Under the pieces are notes generated by a model. It searched no databases and had not been told where the DNA came from. It worked only from the letters and a program-made list of their open reading frames with translations. Of a stretch of DNA of 33,000 nucleotides, positions 11,041-23,350 are shown piece after piece; the stretch's first letter is position 1, and every line of letters begins with the position of its first letter. A program made the position numbers and the translations under genes. This stretch comes from Glycera tridactyla (taxonomy: Eukaryota), in contig OZ286477.1 of assembly GCA_965644265.1 (NCBI GenBank), positions 35,650,001 to 35,683,000 on the forward strand, given 5' to 3'.

Positions 11041-14000
11041 AGCTAAATACATATCTGAGAAATTTCTGCTTCACTGAAAGGCTGCTCAATACAAAGAGTC
11101 AGTCACTTGTTAGTCTTTGGTCAGATGGGTGATTACTGCAGATGGCTGAAGGTCGAATATCTAGTCCACGGATGGACAGATGGATGGAAAGTTGGTTTTG
11201 AGATCCACTTGTCTTCCGTCTTGGATATCAATGCGAGCCCGAGATCAACCCATTCTCTCTTAAATCAACACTATTACTTTCTCATTGTCCCTGACTAGCC
11301 AGCACCGAATGTGCTACATTGAGACATCTGTGCATGTAGGGACAGAGTTGATAAACGATGCAGATGGATGGAATCAATTTCCAAATGCTAGGGGGTTTGT
11401 GAAAATCCAGAGATGATAGCCAACCATTTCCAGCAAAATAGATTCAGTGAATGAATAGAAAATTGTCTCAGATCAAAGTCGTGATTTGTTGGATATCTCG
11501 ACAAATCTTCATATTCATAGATACTCTTTTACATCACACACAGATTGAACATATAATGCTGAGGATGAACAGGGAGATGGATCTTGATTCTGTCACATTT
11601 TCCTCATTCAAACTTCTGTAATAATAGAGAGGATGCCAGCGAAAGTCGGATAAGCAGGTTTCCGGTGAAATATTAGAATGGATTGAGTTCAGACACCAGA
11701 TAGACACATGGTATAGCAGGAGAAACTCAGAAAGATAATCCCACATGTGGATGCTACAACTTTCACTCATCTTCAATCAGGCTCGAATGAAAGTTGGAAT
11801 CAGAAACTCTTATTCAAGGCCGGAACATGAGCTCATGTGGAAACCAATTTCGCACTGATGCTTTATAACTAAGTTATATGCAACATGTTAAATGAATATT
11901 TGAGCAGATTTCGGTCCCAATTTATAATCTTGAATTCCTTAAACCGAGTAGAGAATTTATTTCTTCAGCCAAAATTGAGGAATGTCAGTCCGTGCATACC
12001 CCACGAGACATAAGAAATCACCAGCTATGACTTTCAAAGTGGGCCCTGGTATTCATCCACAATTGCTACATAAGTCGGTGTTGTTGATGGAGGATCAGGG
12101 GAAGATGACACTGATCACAGATAGTTGCGACCTTCAATATGCTGTGTTTGAAGACGACTTATTCTTCAAACATGTAAGTTGGAGAAAATGTGACAGGTGT
12201 TCCAGATTGATGTCAAGCTATGATAGTTTAATGAATCTATATGGTAGGCCACCGTTGAGGGGTTCACAATGTCCACAATAGAGGTGCAATCAAAGTGGTT
12301 GCGAATCAGTGTTGGTCTTCATCAAAAGCGATTCTTTCTGGCGAATTCATTAAGTCCTGTGAGAAACTTCAGCTATAGCATGCCATTACAATGGGCGTCC
12401 ACGTTCACCATCATTTAGGGTAATTCTTGCAATATTGCCCAGTGAGTAGTTTGCACCTGTGATGATTTTCATGGCTTCCTGGTTGCTATCGTCCAGGTCC
12501 CACCAACTATGTGCATTAATTCACAATAAATGTAGTCTCCAATTTGATCGAAAATTAGCTCTAGATTCAGATCTGATTTCTTCTCCACGAAAGCTTAGAC
12601 ACCAGCCCTGTTGACTTCGGCGGCTTGATCAAAATGGAAAAGCCTTTAATTTTGGCCGTATTACATTAGTGCGTAGCTTTCTCATGGGTGTGAATTCTGG
12701 ATTGATAGATATCCCGACCAACTTCGACTCCATACATATGTAGATTGATATTTTGCTGGAACAGCTTCAGGCTCCCATTGGGTGAAGGAAACTATTCAGG
12801 ATGTCATGATACCACGATTTTTCGTAGTTGAATGAATGCCGCCATCATTGTGATGTATCTTACACCAGATCAATGCAAGCAGCCTTTCACAACCAAAAAA
12901 TTTATTAAATGGAGTGTGAGATCAGACAGGTATCTCTGAAAATGATGAGTTGACATCAATTGTGAATAATTTGCTCTGCGGATTTTGTAATCTTTTTCTC
13001 ATCCCTGAACTTCGAATACTATTTCGACAATTCCCTATTGTATTCATAGTTCTCACTTCAATCTGTAAAACACCTCCCTTGCCTGATATTAGCTTGGTAT
13101 GTAGTATTTTTTGGAAATGACCGACGGATAAAACTGTCAGAACCATCATGTTGCTCCCAAGTCAGATCATTCTCGAATGCTGCTAGCACACCACCAAATA
13201 TGAATTTTCTTTGTGGTACAACCATCAGTAGGTAATTTTGTGTCTGCATATGAAAATACAATACGATTTCTTTTTCTATAAATTCGTATGATTCAGGTCA
13301 ACTGATATGGATTACACTTCATACCAATATTTACATTGGATGATAAGTTCTGCCCTGTATATCATGCTTGATGATGAAGTGAACAAACATCAAGCTCAGT
13401 CAGAATAACAACTATCTGCCCCCCCCCCCCCCTCTCACTTTCATGTTCTCAGCATCCGAACGCCGCCAACAGTGGAAACAATCAAATTACTGGATTTCTT
13501 ACATTTCGATGTCATTTGATGTCTTCCATCACCACAATTGTTCCCATTCAGATATTTCCCAGTATAGTCATCAATCCATCTACTCCACCATTTTATCTGA
13601 TGGTTCTATCTTTTAACATCTCATTATGCACTTTTTATTGTCTGATAGATGGTCTGACCCACCTGAAAATGTAGGATGGATCGAGAATGACCATGAATGC
13701 GGGTTTTGTAGGCGTCTCAATATAGTCTACCAGTCAGTCAATGGGACCATTCAGTCCGATCTCCATTCATGACTCATATAATCCACACCCGATAATAGCC
13801 AGTCAGCCTGCTGAAGCTGTGAGATGGATGATACCTGACCCCCAATCCCTACCACCCCATCACCTTTTATCAGGTATCTGATAATACGTGAATTACCATT
13901 CATATCCCGATATAAATGCCCCAAGGAGCCTTTATATTGTGGCACTCACTATAGAATGTCATATGATGTACAAATATTGGTGAAATGGGAATGTTCAACC

Positions 14001-14700
14001 CTGGAATGTAATCAGACCTCTTTCAAAGAGTGATGATGACATCCCGTTATGTATGTTGGACAGGTAATGAGGGGATCGATCATCCGACATCACGTAATAA
14101 AAAGTAGCCTATGCAATTTTTTGTTGTTAATATATCCATGCCGGCTCGAATGGGATGGCTTCCTAGACACTTACTGAAGACCGTCAAATCCAAATGTAAA
14201 AGCTATCTCACATATCACCACGTTGCAATGGTTGGGAAAGACAACCCGTGTGTGTGGATTCCATATATTTCCCCCCTTCACCGGTGATTCCGGAAAAGTC
14301 TTGCATATTCTATCTATTGCATATGCATCTGGACAAAGCTCAGTTGTTACTAATGGGATGTTATATAATCAACCAACAATTGGGCACCTCATTGCCTTCT
14401 CACTAGTACGACTGGGCTTCATCATCCTTGGTTTATCTTTGAACCTGATCCTCAATGGTGTGTGTGAATCTGAGAAAGATTCACTTTGATTCAAATGCAT
14501 TCATGTAGTGAATTTGCTCACAGTATACAGTGGATAGATCTGAATAGGAACCCGACTATTCCCATGGCTATTAAGACAGTGTGAGACTGATGGGCATATC
14601 AGGCCTGTTTGAATTGAATATACCATTGAAGCTCAACCCGATCAGATCCATAAGACAATAGACGACCATAGCCGGATCGAAGTCCATAAAGCCTAACCTC
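11040..14700 (-). pseudogene. Decayed paralog (unit 4), closest relative of unit 6
   Basis: FYSECHNIKAPWG (13918-13956), IIHLTASAG (~13806-13832), IVFSYADTK (~13236-13262), TYQANI (~13086-13103), CQLIIFRDTCLI (~12955-12920), YEYEDLSRYPTNHDFDL (~11520-11470), KFLRYVFS (~11064-11041). Differences from unit 6 are concentrated at third codon positions of this frame. Confidence 0.7.
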
Positions 14701-15680
14701 GGTGATTGTATTCATACTGGATAGCTTATATGGCGAGCTAAATATTGCATAAATTATTTAAGTTGCACTTGTAGTGCTGTTCTGGAGACAATCTGAATTC
14801 TTCGTTTATGTATTTTGCCCAGGGTCATAATTATATTACCTCCTCAGAACCTTCAAGAATGTGACCACCATCCTGTTATTTTCTAATTTTCTGTTGCATT
14901 CATGTCCTGTTATGCCCATATATGTACCTAGGCGGTCAGTGAGTTCCATTTCAATCCAAATCAGTTGTGCAATTCAAGGATGCAGGAAACGTCACCATAA
15001 CACCTGAAATTGAGAGACTTTGCTGAAAAGTCTTATCCTTTATTGAATGTTTTATAGCGGCATATATATGCGACAGAAAAATCGGTGTTCCACTCTAGGG
15101 TCAGGTTGCCAACTGCCTCCATAATGGTTCCCGCATCAATTTTACACAGCACTAATGTTTCCCCATCAATCTGACGGATGGAATGCAGTTTTCCATCGCA
15201 AAACATATCATACAGGGAAGCCACTGCATTGCTGGGAAGGTAGGATTGAATCACAGCCAGTTGAAGTTTCTCCATGATGGTAACTGCCACGCGAAATTTT
15301 AGTATGAGGGAAAAAAATTGTATGAGGTCAGTTTCGATGATTCACATTATCTGGGGAAATGGTTAAAAAAGAAGGACTGAATGCCCCGTAGGTCAATAAT
15401 TTGTCAGGTCATACCCAACTCCACCAATTATACTGGATTATCGATTGTAAAAGGTCAATCTTTCGGAGATCGCATCATTCAACTGATCTGAATTTGAATT
15501 TCCACCGAATGATGCGTAATGCTCATGCATCCGTGATGAAAATGTTGATGAAATATTGTGGTCCATAGTCTAGTTTAACTGATTTTACGATCACATTCAT
15601 TGGTAGGCCTGCTCTAGCATTGGCCTTCCTCATCTCTCCAGGAATTATCATACCACAAACATATGGTTGACTGCCCGAGC
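14700..15680 (-). pseudogene. Decayed, deleted paralog fragment (unit 3)
   Basis: PQYFINIF..FKFRSV (~15560-15480) matches PHYLSNIH..TFQGL. SWVRP (~15410, reading TGA as Arg) matches RWVRP of unit 4. ORF 15033-15290 lies on the same strand. Confidence 0.45.
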
Positions 15681-16250
15681 TATGCTCTCTACAATCACAA
15701 GTTGCGAAGTACGGGTGTTCCAGACAATTACCCCCAAAAGCTAGAGATCACTCAGAACGTTGCTCATACCTGTTACCAAGATAACAGAGTAACAGTATCT
15801 GGCGAGGCGGGTGCACACACTTCAAATCTCAACTGAGCAGCGCCTTCCCAGGTGTGAGTGGGTAGTTGGAATATAGGCAGTGATGGTAGAGTACGTTGGC
15901 CATGTGATTAACTCTGTGTGTCTCTGTTTGCTCCCCCCCCCCCCCACACACACACACCAAGTAGATGAGAAAGGCTCAAGTTTGAACAGGCCTGCCAAGA
16001 AATCTATGATATAATACCAGATTTCCAAAACATCGTGGCAGCGGAATATCCGCTCCCGCCGAACCGATTCGGTCTGGCTCGGCCTCAATCCGAGGACAAC
16101 TATTTTTCTCCGAAAAAAAAACTCTGTTCGTTGCTGCAAGTACTCTGTATACATAGTATGTATCAACTTTGTGTCAATATTCGGACTGCAACTCTCCTTA
16201 CTTTTTCGGTCTGGCTTCCTGGCTTATCTACATAGATTGTACCCTACGTC

Positions 16251-17120
16251 ATGGGAGAGCCCACTATTCGCTGGAAGGAGTGCGCCAGATACCTCTGGGT
16301 GCACAAATAGCTGTACTCTCACTGGACTGACTCTACCTGGATCAGCGCCATGGGAGATTCCACTATTTGCTGAGAGGGGTGCGCCAGATACCTCTGGGTG
16401 CACACATAGCTGTACTCTCACTGGACTGACTCTACCTGGATCAGCGCCATAGGAGATTCCACTATTTGCTGAGAGGGAAGGGCTGGAGAGCTATGGGTGC
16501 ACACATAGCTGTTCTCTCACTGGACTGACTCTACCTGGATCAGCGCCATGGGAGATTCCACTTTTTGCTGAGAGGGGAGGGCTGGAGACCTCTGGGTGAA
16601 CATGTAGCTGCACTCTCACTGGCCTGACTCTACCTGAGTCAGCCTCATGAGAGAGCACACTATTCGCTGAGACGGGAGCGACCGATACCTCTTGGTGCAC
16701 ACATAGCTGTGTGGAGATTCCACTATTTGCTGAGAGGGGAGGGCTGGAGAGCTCTGGGTGCACACATGGCTGTTCTCTCACTAGACTGACTCTACCTGGA
16801 TCAGCACCATAGGAGATCCCACTATTTGCTGAGAGGGGAGGGCTGGAGACCTCTGGGTGCGCACATAGCTGCACTCTCACTGGCCTGACTCTACCTGGAT
16901 CAGCGTCATTGGAGAGCACACCATTCGCTGAGAGGGGAGGGCTGGAGACCTCTGGGTGCACACATAGCTGTACCCTCACCGGACTGACTCTACCTGGATC
17001 AGCGTCATGGGAGAGCACACCATTTGCTGAGAGGGGGGGGGGGGACTGGAGACCTCTGGGTGCACACAAAGCTGCACTCTCACTGGCCTGACTCTACCTG
17101 GATCAGCATCATGGGTGAGC
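16251..17120. repeat. 99-bp minisatellite, ~9 copies with one truncated unit
   Basis: Unit ATGGGAGA(T/G)..CACTATT.GCTGAGAGGG..CCTCTGGGTGCACACATAGCTG..CTCTCACTGG.CTGACTCTACCTGGATCAGCG.. recurs at 16251, 16350, 16449, 16548, 16647 and onward, with a short unit near 16650-16710. Confidence 0.95.
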
Positions 17121-17611
17121 GGGAAGTGGTGCGCCAGCACAGTCGCCTGCTACTTTTTTCATTTTGTTTTTGGGCCAAGTGAGGAAACATGCTCTGTACA
17201 TGTGACTCTAAACATGTGGCAACTCACCTGCAGCCACCCACCACAATAAATGACAGTGGGAAGAGGGGTTATATTTACCCTTCCTTCTATCTTCCCACCA
17301 TCTATGTGTGTGACCTGATTTGTTGATCTTATGTTCACTCAGTTTGCAGCTGATTGAAATACTGAATTGTTTAACAGCTACCAATAGCTTTAAATTCCAG
17401 CTACGAACGAAAATTCATTACTAAAGATTCAATTCAAAATGACCATGAACATGCATGCCTCTGATTACTGTAATTGGTATCCCGTCTTCTTGCACTGGAG
17501 TCTGTTTGGCCTATTCACGAGTTCAATATCTTGACCATTATTATTTGTTTCTGCCAAGAGCCTACTTCATTCATTACATAAATTAGTGGGAGAATACCTG
17601 TAAAGAGTGGG

Positions 17612-17945
17612 GGAATCCTAAAATCTGGTGCTATTATCATGCTTCCCGGTAACTTAGACCTAGGAAAAGGCCTCTGCAATGGAACCATACTAATTCTCCA
17701 TAGAATGCATGAATGTGTACTGGATGCAGATATTTTGATTGGGTCCAACAAGAGAGAGTGGGCCTTATTCCCAGAATGTTATTGGCATCATCTAATTTTC
17801 GTTTGCCCTTTACACTTCTAGGAATCCAAATCACTGTTGGCATATTCCATGACAAGCGATATGTCACAAGGGCAACCAATTGAGGGGCTTAGCATATACC
17901 TACCCACCGCTGTAGCAGCGAGGCACCAGAAATATTCTATCCAGA
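17612..17945 (+). mobile_element. Helitron Rep/Hel PIF1-type helicase C-terminal fragment (degenerate)
   Basis: LKSGAIIMLPGNLDLGKGLCNGTIL..VLDADILIGS..FP(R)..LPF..AYSMTSDMSQGQPIEGLSIYLP matches the Helitron consensus LKVGAPIMLLRNL..GLCNGTRL..IPRI..LPF..AFAMTINKSQGQT..VGIYLP. Frameshifted. Confidence 0.88.
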
Positions 17946-17999
17946 GGTCATCGGAGTTGTATGTGAGAATCACGGATTTTATACAGCCAAACCTGTCTC

Positions 18000-19300
18000 A
18001 AGCACTCATCACATTTCGCGAAAATGGTCCCATTGGAAGGATAGAAGTTTTTCAGGACAGGTTAGACTGGCACTTTAACAATGCATTGAAGATTTTCTGT
18101 TTAAACGCTTCAAAGGAATGATGGGAGAGAACTTGCCAATGATACCAGACCATAAACCACTAGATTTCACATTCACATCAGGTGCCGACCAACCATTCCA
18201 ATCAAATCAGCTTAGCGAACATTGCGAAATCCAAAGCTGCCTCCAAAGCATTGCTGTCAGGTGATTGATCGATTAATTGAATTAAATTTCTTTGTTTATA
18301 CTCTTCAAAATCATGTGAATTTAGTCGGAAAACATGAGTAAAAATGATTTATGTGAATACCCATTGGCCAGTTGCTTCAGATCTGGGGCTCTCTCAGGCA
18401 GACACGATTACCCACTTGATAATTCTGCACGTTCTGGCCACTTAAAATAGCTTTCCATACCTGAAGATACTCAGAGATGACAGACTACGTGAAAAACACG
18501 TACTTCGTAACATTGAAGGTTTTAGGATTTCAAAAAATTAAATACTCGACTGCATTGTAAAGACCAAGATTCCAAACAAATACAACCAATTTTGTGCCAA
18601 GCAAAGTAGAGAAACGGCTCATGTCATCTGTTTGTCCTCTGATACTACTGCTCAGTTTGTAGTTTCGACTAGTCATTGAAGAGAGAAAGTGAGGCGCAGA
18701 AGAGAGAAAGTAATGTCCAGATTCCAGGGCCGATCAATCTCAGCAATTAGTGCTAATGGAGTGGAGGTCACTGCTTGATTGCATAGTTGTCTCCTCCTTT
18801 ATGTGTTTTTTGTAGAGAGTAATTGATTCGGAGGTCAGCTTGCAGGGAATCAATTCGCAGAATCACGTTGAGCTGGCTGAACGCATTACATGGCGAGTTA
18901 GGATGAGGATACTGAACATGGTGGGCAGTCGAACTTTCAGGGAATTACTCAAAGCATGCATACATTATTATGGTACTTGGATCTTGGTTTGGAGAACAGA
19001 GACATCCATGTTCACGCACCTGAGAGATTGATGATCTATCAAAGATACCCCGGGAGCCAATACAAAAATTACCAATCATATAAAGGTCATTCATGAGGAC
19101 ATATGTTTGCAGGGACATGCCACTATCGAATCTCATGTGTCGCTCGATTGATTCTACGCATAAGTGGAGAGAAAAATACGGGAACGTGAATCAATATTTA
19201 ATCAGCACTTCATCATATGATTGTAGGCATTAGCTGATTATGTTCTGCTGATTGAATCACCAGAGAGTAACTAATTAGGTAAATTATTCAGACACTACGC
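18000..19300 (-). pseudogene. Decayed paralog fragment (unit 2)
   Basis: FAWHKI (~18600; cf. SAWSHL), NPKTFNVT (~18525; cf. SPKTFT/FPQTYIT) and LQVWKAILSGQNV (~18467-18428), which resembles the Q..AI.AILSGKDV segment preceding Walker A in RecQ-type helicases. Confidence 0.4.
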
Positions 19301-19313
19301 GAAGAAACGCAAC

Positions 19314-19631
19314 NNNNNNNNNNNNNNNNNNNNNNNNNNNNNNNNNNNNNNNNNNNNNNNNNNNNNNNNNNNNNNNNNNNNNNNNNNNNNNNNNNNNNNN
19401 NNNNNNNNNNNNNNNNNNNNNNNNNNNNNNNNNNNNNNNNNNNNNNNNNNNNNNNNNNNNNNNNNNNNNNNNNNNNNNNNNNNNNNNNNNNNNNNNNNNN
19501 NNNNNNNNNNNNNNNNNNNNNNNNNNNNNNNNNNNNNNNNNNNNNNNNNNNNNNNNNNNNNNNNNNNNNNNNNNNNNNNNNNNNNNNNNNNNNNNNNNNN
19601 NNNNNNNNNNNNNNNNNNNNNNNNNNNNNNN
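19314..19631. other. Assembly gap (N run)
   Basis: Ns in sequence. Confidence 1.
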
Positions 19632-19899
19632 NGTTCGACTGTGAAAGAATTGAATGAGGCCTATTGTTCCCGGAATATAATCTGAATGGCTGGTGTCGTA
19701 TGCCGCGTTCTCTCAAATTTTCCTCGATCTACTTCACAGTGACAAATATCGCCTATGCAAGGATCACAAATAATACCCCATTACATCAAAATACAAGAAT
19801 TGAACAAATATTGTCGACCGTGTGTTATATAATACAGCATAAGTTATCCATTAATATAACTAGATTGAAAGAGGAGACGCTGGACACAACTCATTGTCA

Positions 19900-22800
19900 T
19901 ATCTTTCTTCGGCTCAGTTACGCATATGATTGGCTCATACGGTGAGAGACAGAAATCACATTGCTTGAAAGTCATATGCATTATCAATTTTTGAACCTTT
20001 TTTTCCATGTGTAGGAGTGGTTCGATCATGATATGATGCTAGAAACTCTTCAGTTTGCCATGCAGATGCTGAAATGCGCCTGGACAAATCAGATGAGGAA
20101 TCAATATCTATCATCTTCCATAGACATAAATGAGGATTTATTTCCTGTGCCAGGTATTGACATCCTCGAATTTCAAATCACATCATCCGTCTGTCTGTCT
20201 GTCTACCGGTCGATCCGACTGCCTGTCAACACCCTCCCCCCCCCTTTGTCTACTTGCCTTGATGTATGTCTGTCAGTCTCTTCGTCTCCCTCTTTTCCTC
20301 CAGTGAATGTTGACTCGCTTGAATTAGCAATCAACAAATCAATGCTGAGTGATATACTGGGCTAGCCAAGTATATCACGGTAATCATATCTGTAGGACAA
20401 GATGACAACAGTTCCGCCTAATTGAATAAATTGAAGAAGAAACCATGATAGGTGTTTCCTCCTCTATGCCAGACACATTGGAATGATCCTCGGTGATGGC
20501 TTGTCCAAAGTCTGTGAGCAAAAGAAAGGCAAGTTCATTGAATATGATATATGCTCAAAGTAGTGGTGATGGTAATGCTCGATTTTCGGAGTGCCCTTTG
20601 AAGGCTGAAAATGAAAACACTCAGTTTATGAGCCAGTAATACTCCTTCGAATTTCATCCAATCTACTGGATACATGCTAAAACAATTACAAAAACAACAA
20701 TACATATACATCAATGATTTATAAGTGGAGATGGGTATTGCTAGAAAAAAACAATATCTCATAGAAGTTACATTTTAAATGAAAGGCTGCAACATGCCTC
20801 CAACGCAGCAGCTTGAGTGATGAACATAAGTATGACGTTATCTCCAACGTTAGAAATGGCAACAATGAAAGCCAGCACAACACAGCATCAGAATATCTGA
20901 TCAAACTGATAAAACATAATCGAACAGCCATTCATCAAGATGAAGTGATGATAAAATGTGTGTGATTTTATCCTACTCGAGGAGTTATGTATGGAATGTT
21001 GACCTTTGATCAGACAGGCGCATACTAATGGATTACTCATCACAGGAAATATGAGATGAACTGAGTTTGGAAATATTCAAAACATCACTAGGACCTACCT
21101 CTCAAGAGATTGCTATGGTGCACACTAAATTATCATCACCACTCACAGGAAACGTTCATAATCGATGACAGTCTCAACATGAACAACATCTTCTGCAATG
21201 TTTCCTTGTGATGTTTTCAAATATTGATTCACCTTCTCAGATAACAACCCATCACGGTAGCTGACAAACACGTTCTGTGACTCCTGTCCTGATCACCGGA
21301 ATGAGAAATTCACCATCCAACAAAGACATAAAAATGTTCAATGTCACAGCAGAAACAGTTGCTCGAAAAAAAAGGTTCGCTCCAGATTTTTCCCACTCAG
21401 TTGAGAACTTCTGACATCTCGAATGAGATGTGTCTGATGGTGAAAACCAGCTCTCAAAACCTCCCAATTAGAGGTGGAATATGATCAATGAGGGTGAAAG
21501 AGAAGGAGAAGCAGTTTATGGCAACAGGAAGCCTGATGACAATTATCTACTTACGTAACTGGCCCCTGATGGACTCAAGGCAAGGCCAGTGGCATGTGCA
21601 ACTCATTGATTGGAAAGATTGGCTTCATTTACCATAATCACGAGTATGCTGGATTCGATGAAACTATCACCATCACAACTTTTCACGACCATCATCGCCA
21701 CCACCATCACAACTTATCACCTTGTACCTCCACCACCACCAACTTCATCAATCTCAGCTCAGTGATCGCCATAATGATTTTCAGAGCAACCCAATCAGGA
21801 GTAGAAATTGCGCAGTACAACAAACGTCAGACATAAAGGCACAAATTTTGTACTCAGTATAATTTGTCTTCAACGATAAAATCATCAGATATTGATATTC
21901 AATAATTTCTGACAGACGTTATAGCTCATCATGCGAATATCGGCAAATCTCGAGTAATCAAAGTGGGAAGTCTCTTGGATGATGAAAAACCCCGATATTC
22001 CTGATTGAAAGAAACCAAAGTACATTCGTATATCAATGTCAATTTGTGAGATGAATATTCGTGAAGCTCAAATTTGAAGAACCCCAAAACTCGCGAACGG
22101 AGTCCATCTGGCCTGAATTCTCCAGAGTTGTAGTTACCTGCGGGTATAACCTTTGACACAAATGTCACATGTAAGGGGTGCCACCGAACTGTTTAACAAG
22201 GCTTCCAAAGAACCTCATCTCAGAATGCTTTAATCTCTTGCCAATATGAAGAATAGTATTGATATTTGGGGCTTCCGCGAAAATTGTGTGTATCATTTGG
22301 GAAATACTGATGTTAGCATTACTGGGGGAAAAACTCATCGAAAATATCATCATACTTACCAGCATTTGCAATATTGCTCGCACGAGGATCGAGATCCAGT
22401 CAAATACACTTGGAATGATTTTATGGAAGGTCTCATTCATCCCCCACCGATTGCATTGATTTGTTCTCGTGGTTTGTTGCAGAAGGAAATGCAGCAGATA
22501 GTTAGTCGAGCATGATGAGTATGATGGCGGATTGAACCAATTCTGACCCCAATCCATCTATCAATCCATCATTGCAGCCATCCACACGCCCATATTCCCA
22601 TAAATGCTTTCTTACATACATTCATCCATCCATCCATATCTCTACCACTCAATACATCCATCATCTTCCTCAGACCACACACATATCTATGCCAGATTAA
22701 ACTATCACCCATATGAGATAAAAAGGTAATTCTTCTTGCTCATACACAATACTCGACACAACCTAACCTCCATGAGAAGGCTGAGAACAATATGCCTCCA

Positions 22801-23350
22801 TTATTCCTACCTCTGCCAATAAAGATTATATGATGACAATCACCCTAGAATGTCATGTTTTTTCAGAGAGTATATAACTGAGCACAATTATATGATGATG
22901 TGATGTTCGTTGGATTTGACATCATCCTTTTTCAAAACGTGTGAATTACATATTTTCCGATGAAAATCGAGAAAATTATGACAGATTACAACACCAGATG
23001 CCGTCTATCCTGATAACAACTATATCAACGCTGATTGACTTCATTCAAGTTTCTGAACAGTGAGACAAATATCAGGAATGTTCCATTTTTGACAATACCC
23101 TTGAATTACAGCATACCATATGTGATGCAAGTATTAATGGATGGAGATTGGATAAAACGGATTTTATTCATGGCAGATTTGACAGCAATCATCTAAGAGT
23201 GAGATAGATGGATCACTGGATTGCAGAATGCATAGATGAATAGCTAGAGATTGGATGAAAAAGCAGGTCAGACTGTTTTTCGACAAAAATCAAACCGATT
23301 ACTAACACCATTGTGACGCACATTATTGAACCTAACCGATTCAATTCCTC
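19900..23350 (-). pseudogene. Decayed paralog sequence (unit 1; probably the tail of one unit plus the head of the next)
   Basis: NIPDICL..QK (~23075; cf. YNIPHSCL..QK), SAFSWR (~22775; cf. SKLSWR), NFRGSP..EIKAF..RWHPL (~22280-22175; cf. SFRVSP..ELNPF..RWHPL at ~11730-11630), DGEFLIPVI..ER (~21310), VIDYER (~21160), LDKPSPRII..GGTVVIL (~20505-20400), ILIYVYG (~20130). Confidence 0.55.

Noticed and set aside
7567-13838. Shared TGAs as selenocysteine or Trp recoding (mitochondrial or mollicute origin)
   Set aside because: TGA aligns with AGA, CGT, CGA and CAA in the other copy, and TAA/TAG stops and frameshifts are also present. CpG decay of Arg codons is simpler.
22165-22230. FGSLVKQFGGTP resembling the Mononegavirales L-protein GHP motif
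   Set aside because: The homologous site at ~11635 conserves RWHPL in a different frame, and no other L-protein motifs were found.
3895-22360. Splice-like signals on the minus strand (AAG|GTAAGA ~3903, GTAAGG..TTGTAG ~8228-8097, GTAAGT..CCCCAG ~22360-22322, TTTTAG ~20677)
   Set aside because: Not conserved between paralogs, and homologous peptides often continue across them, so no exon model could be supported. A few introns cannot be excluded.
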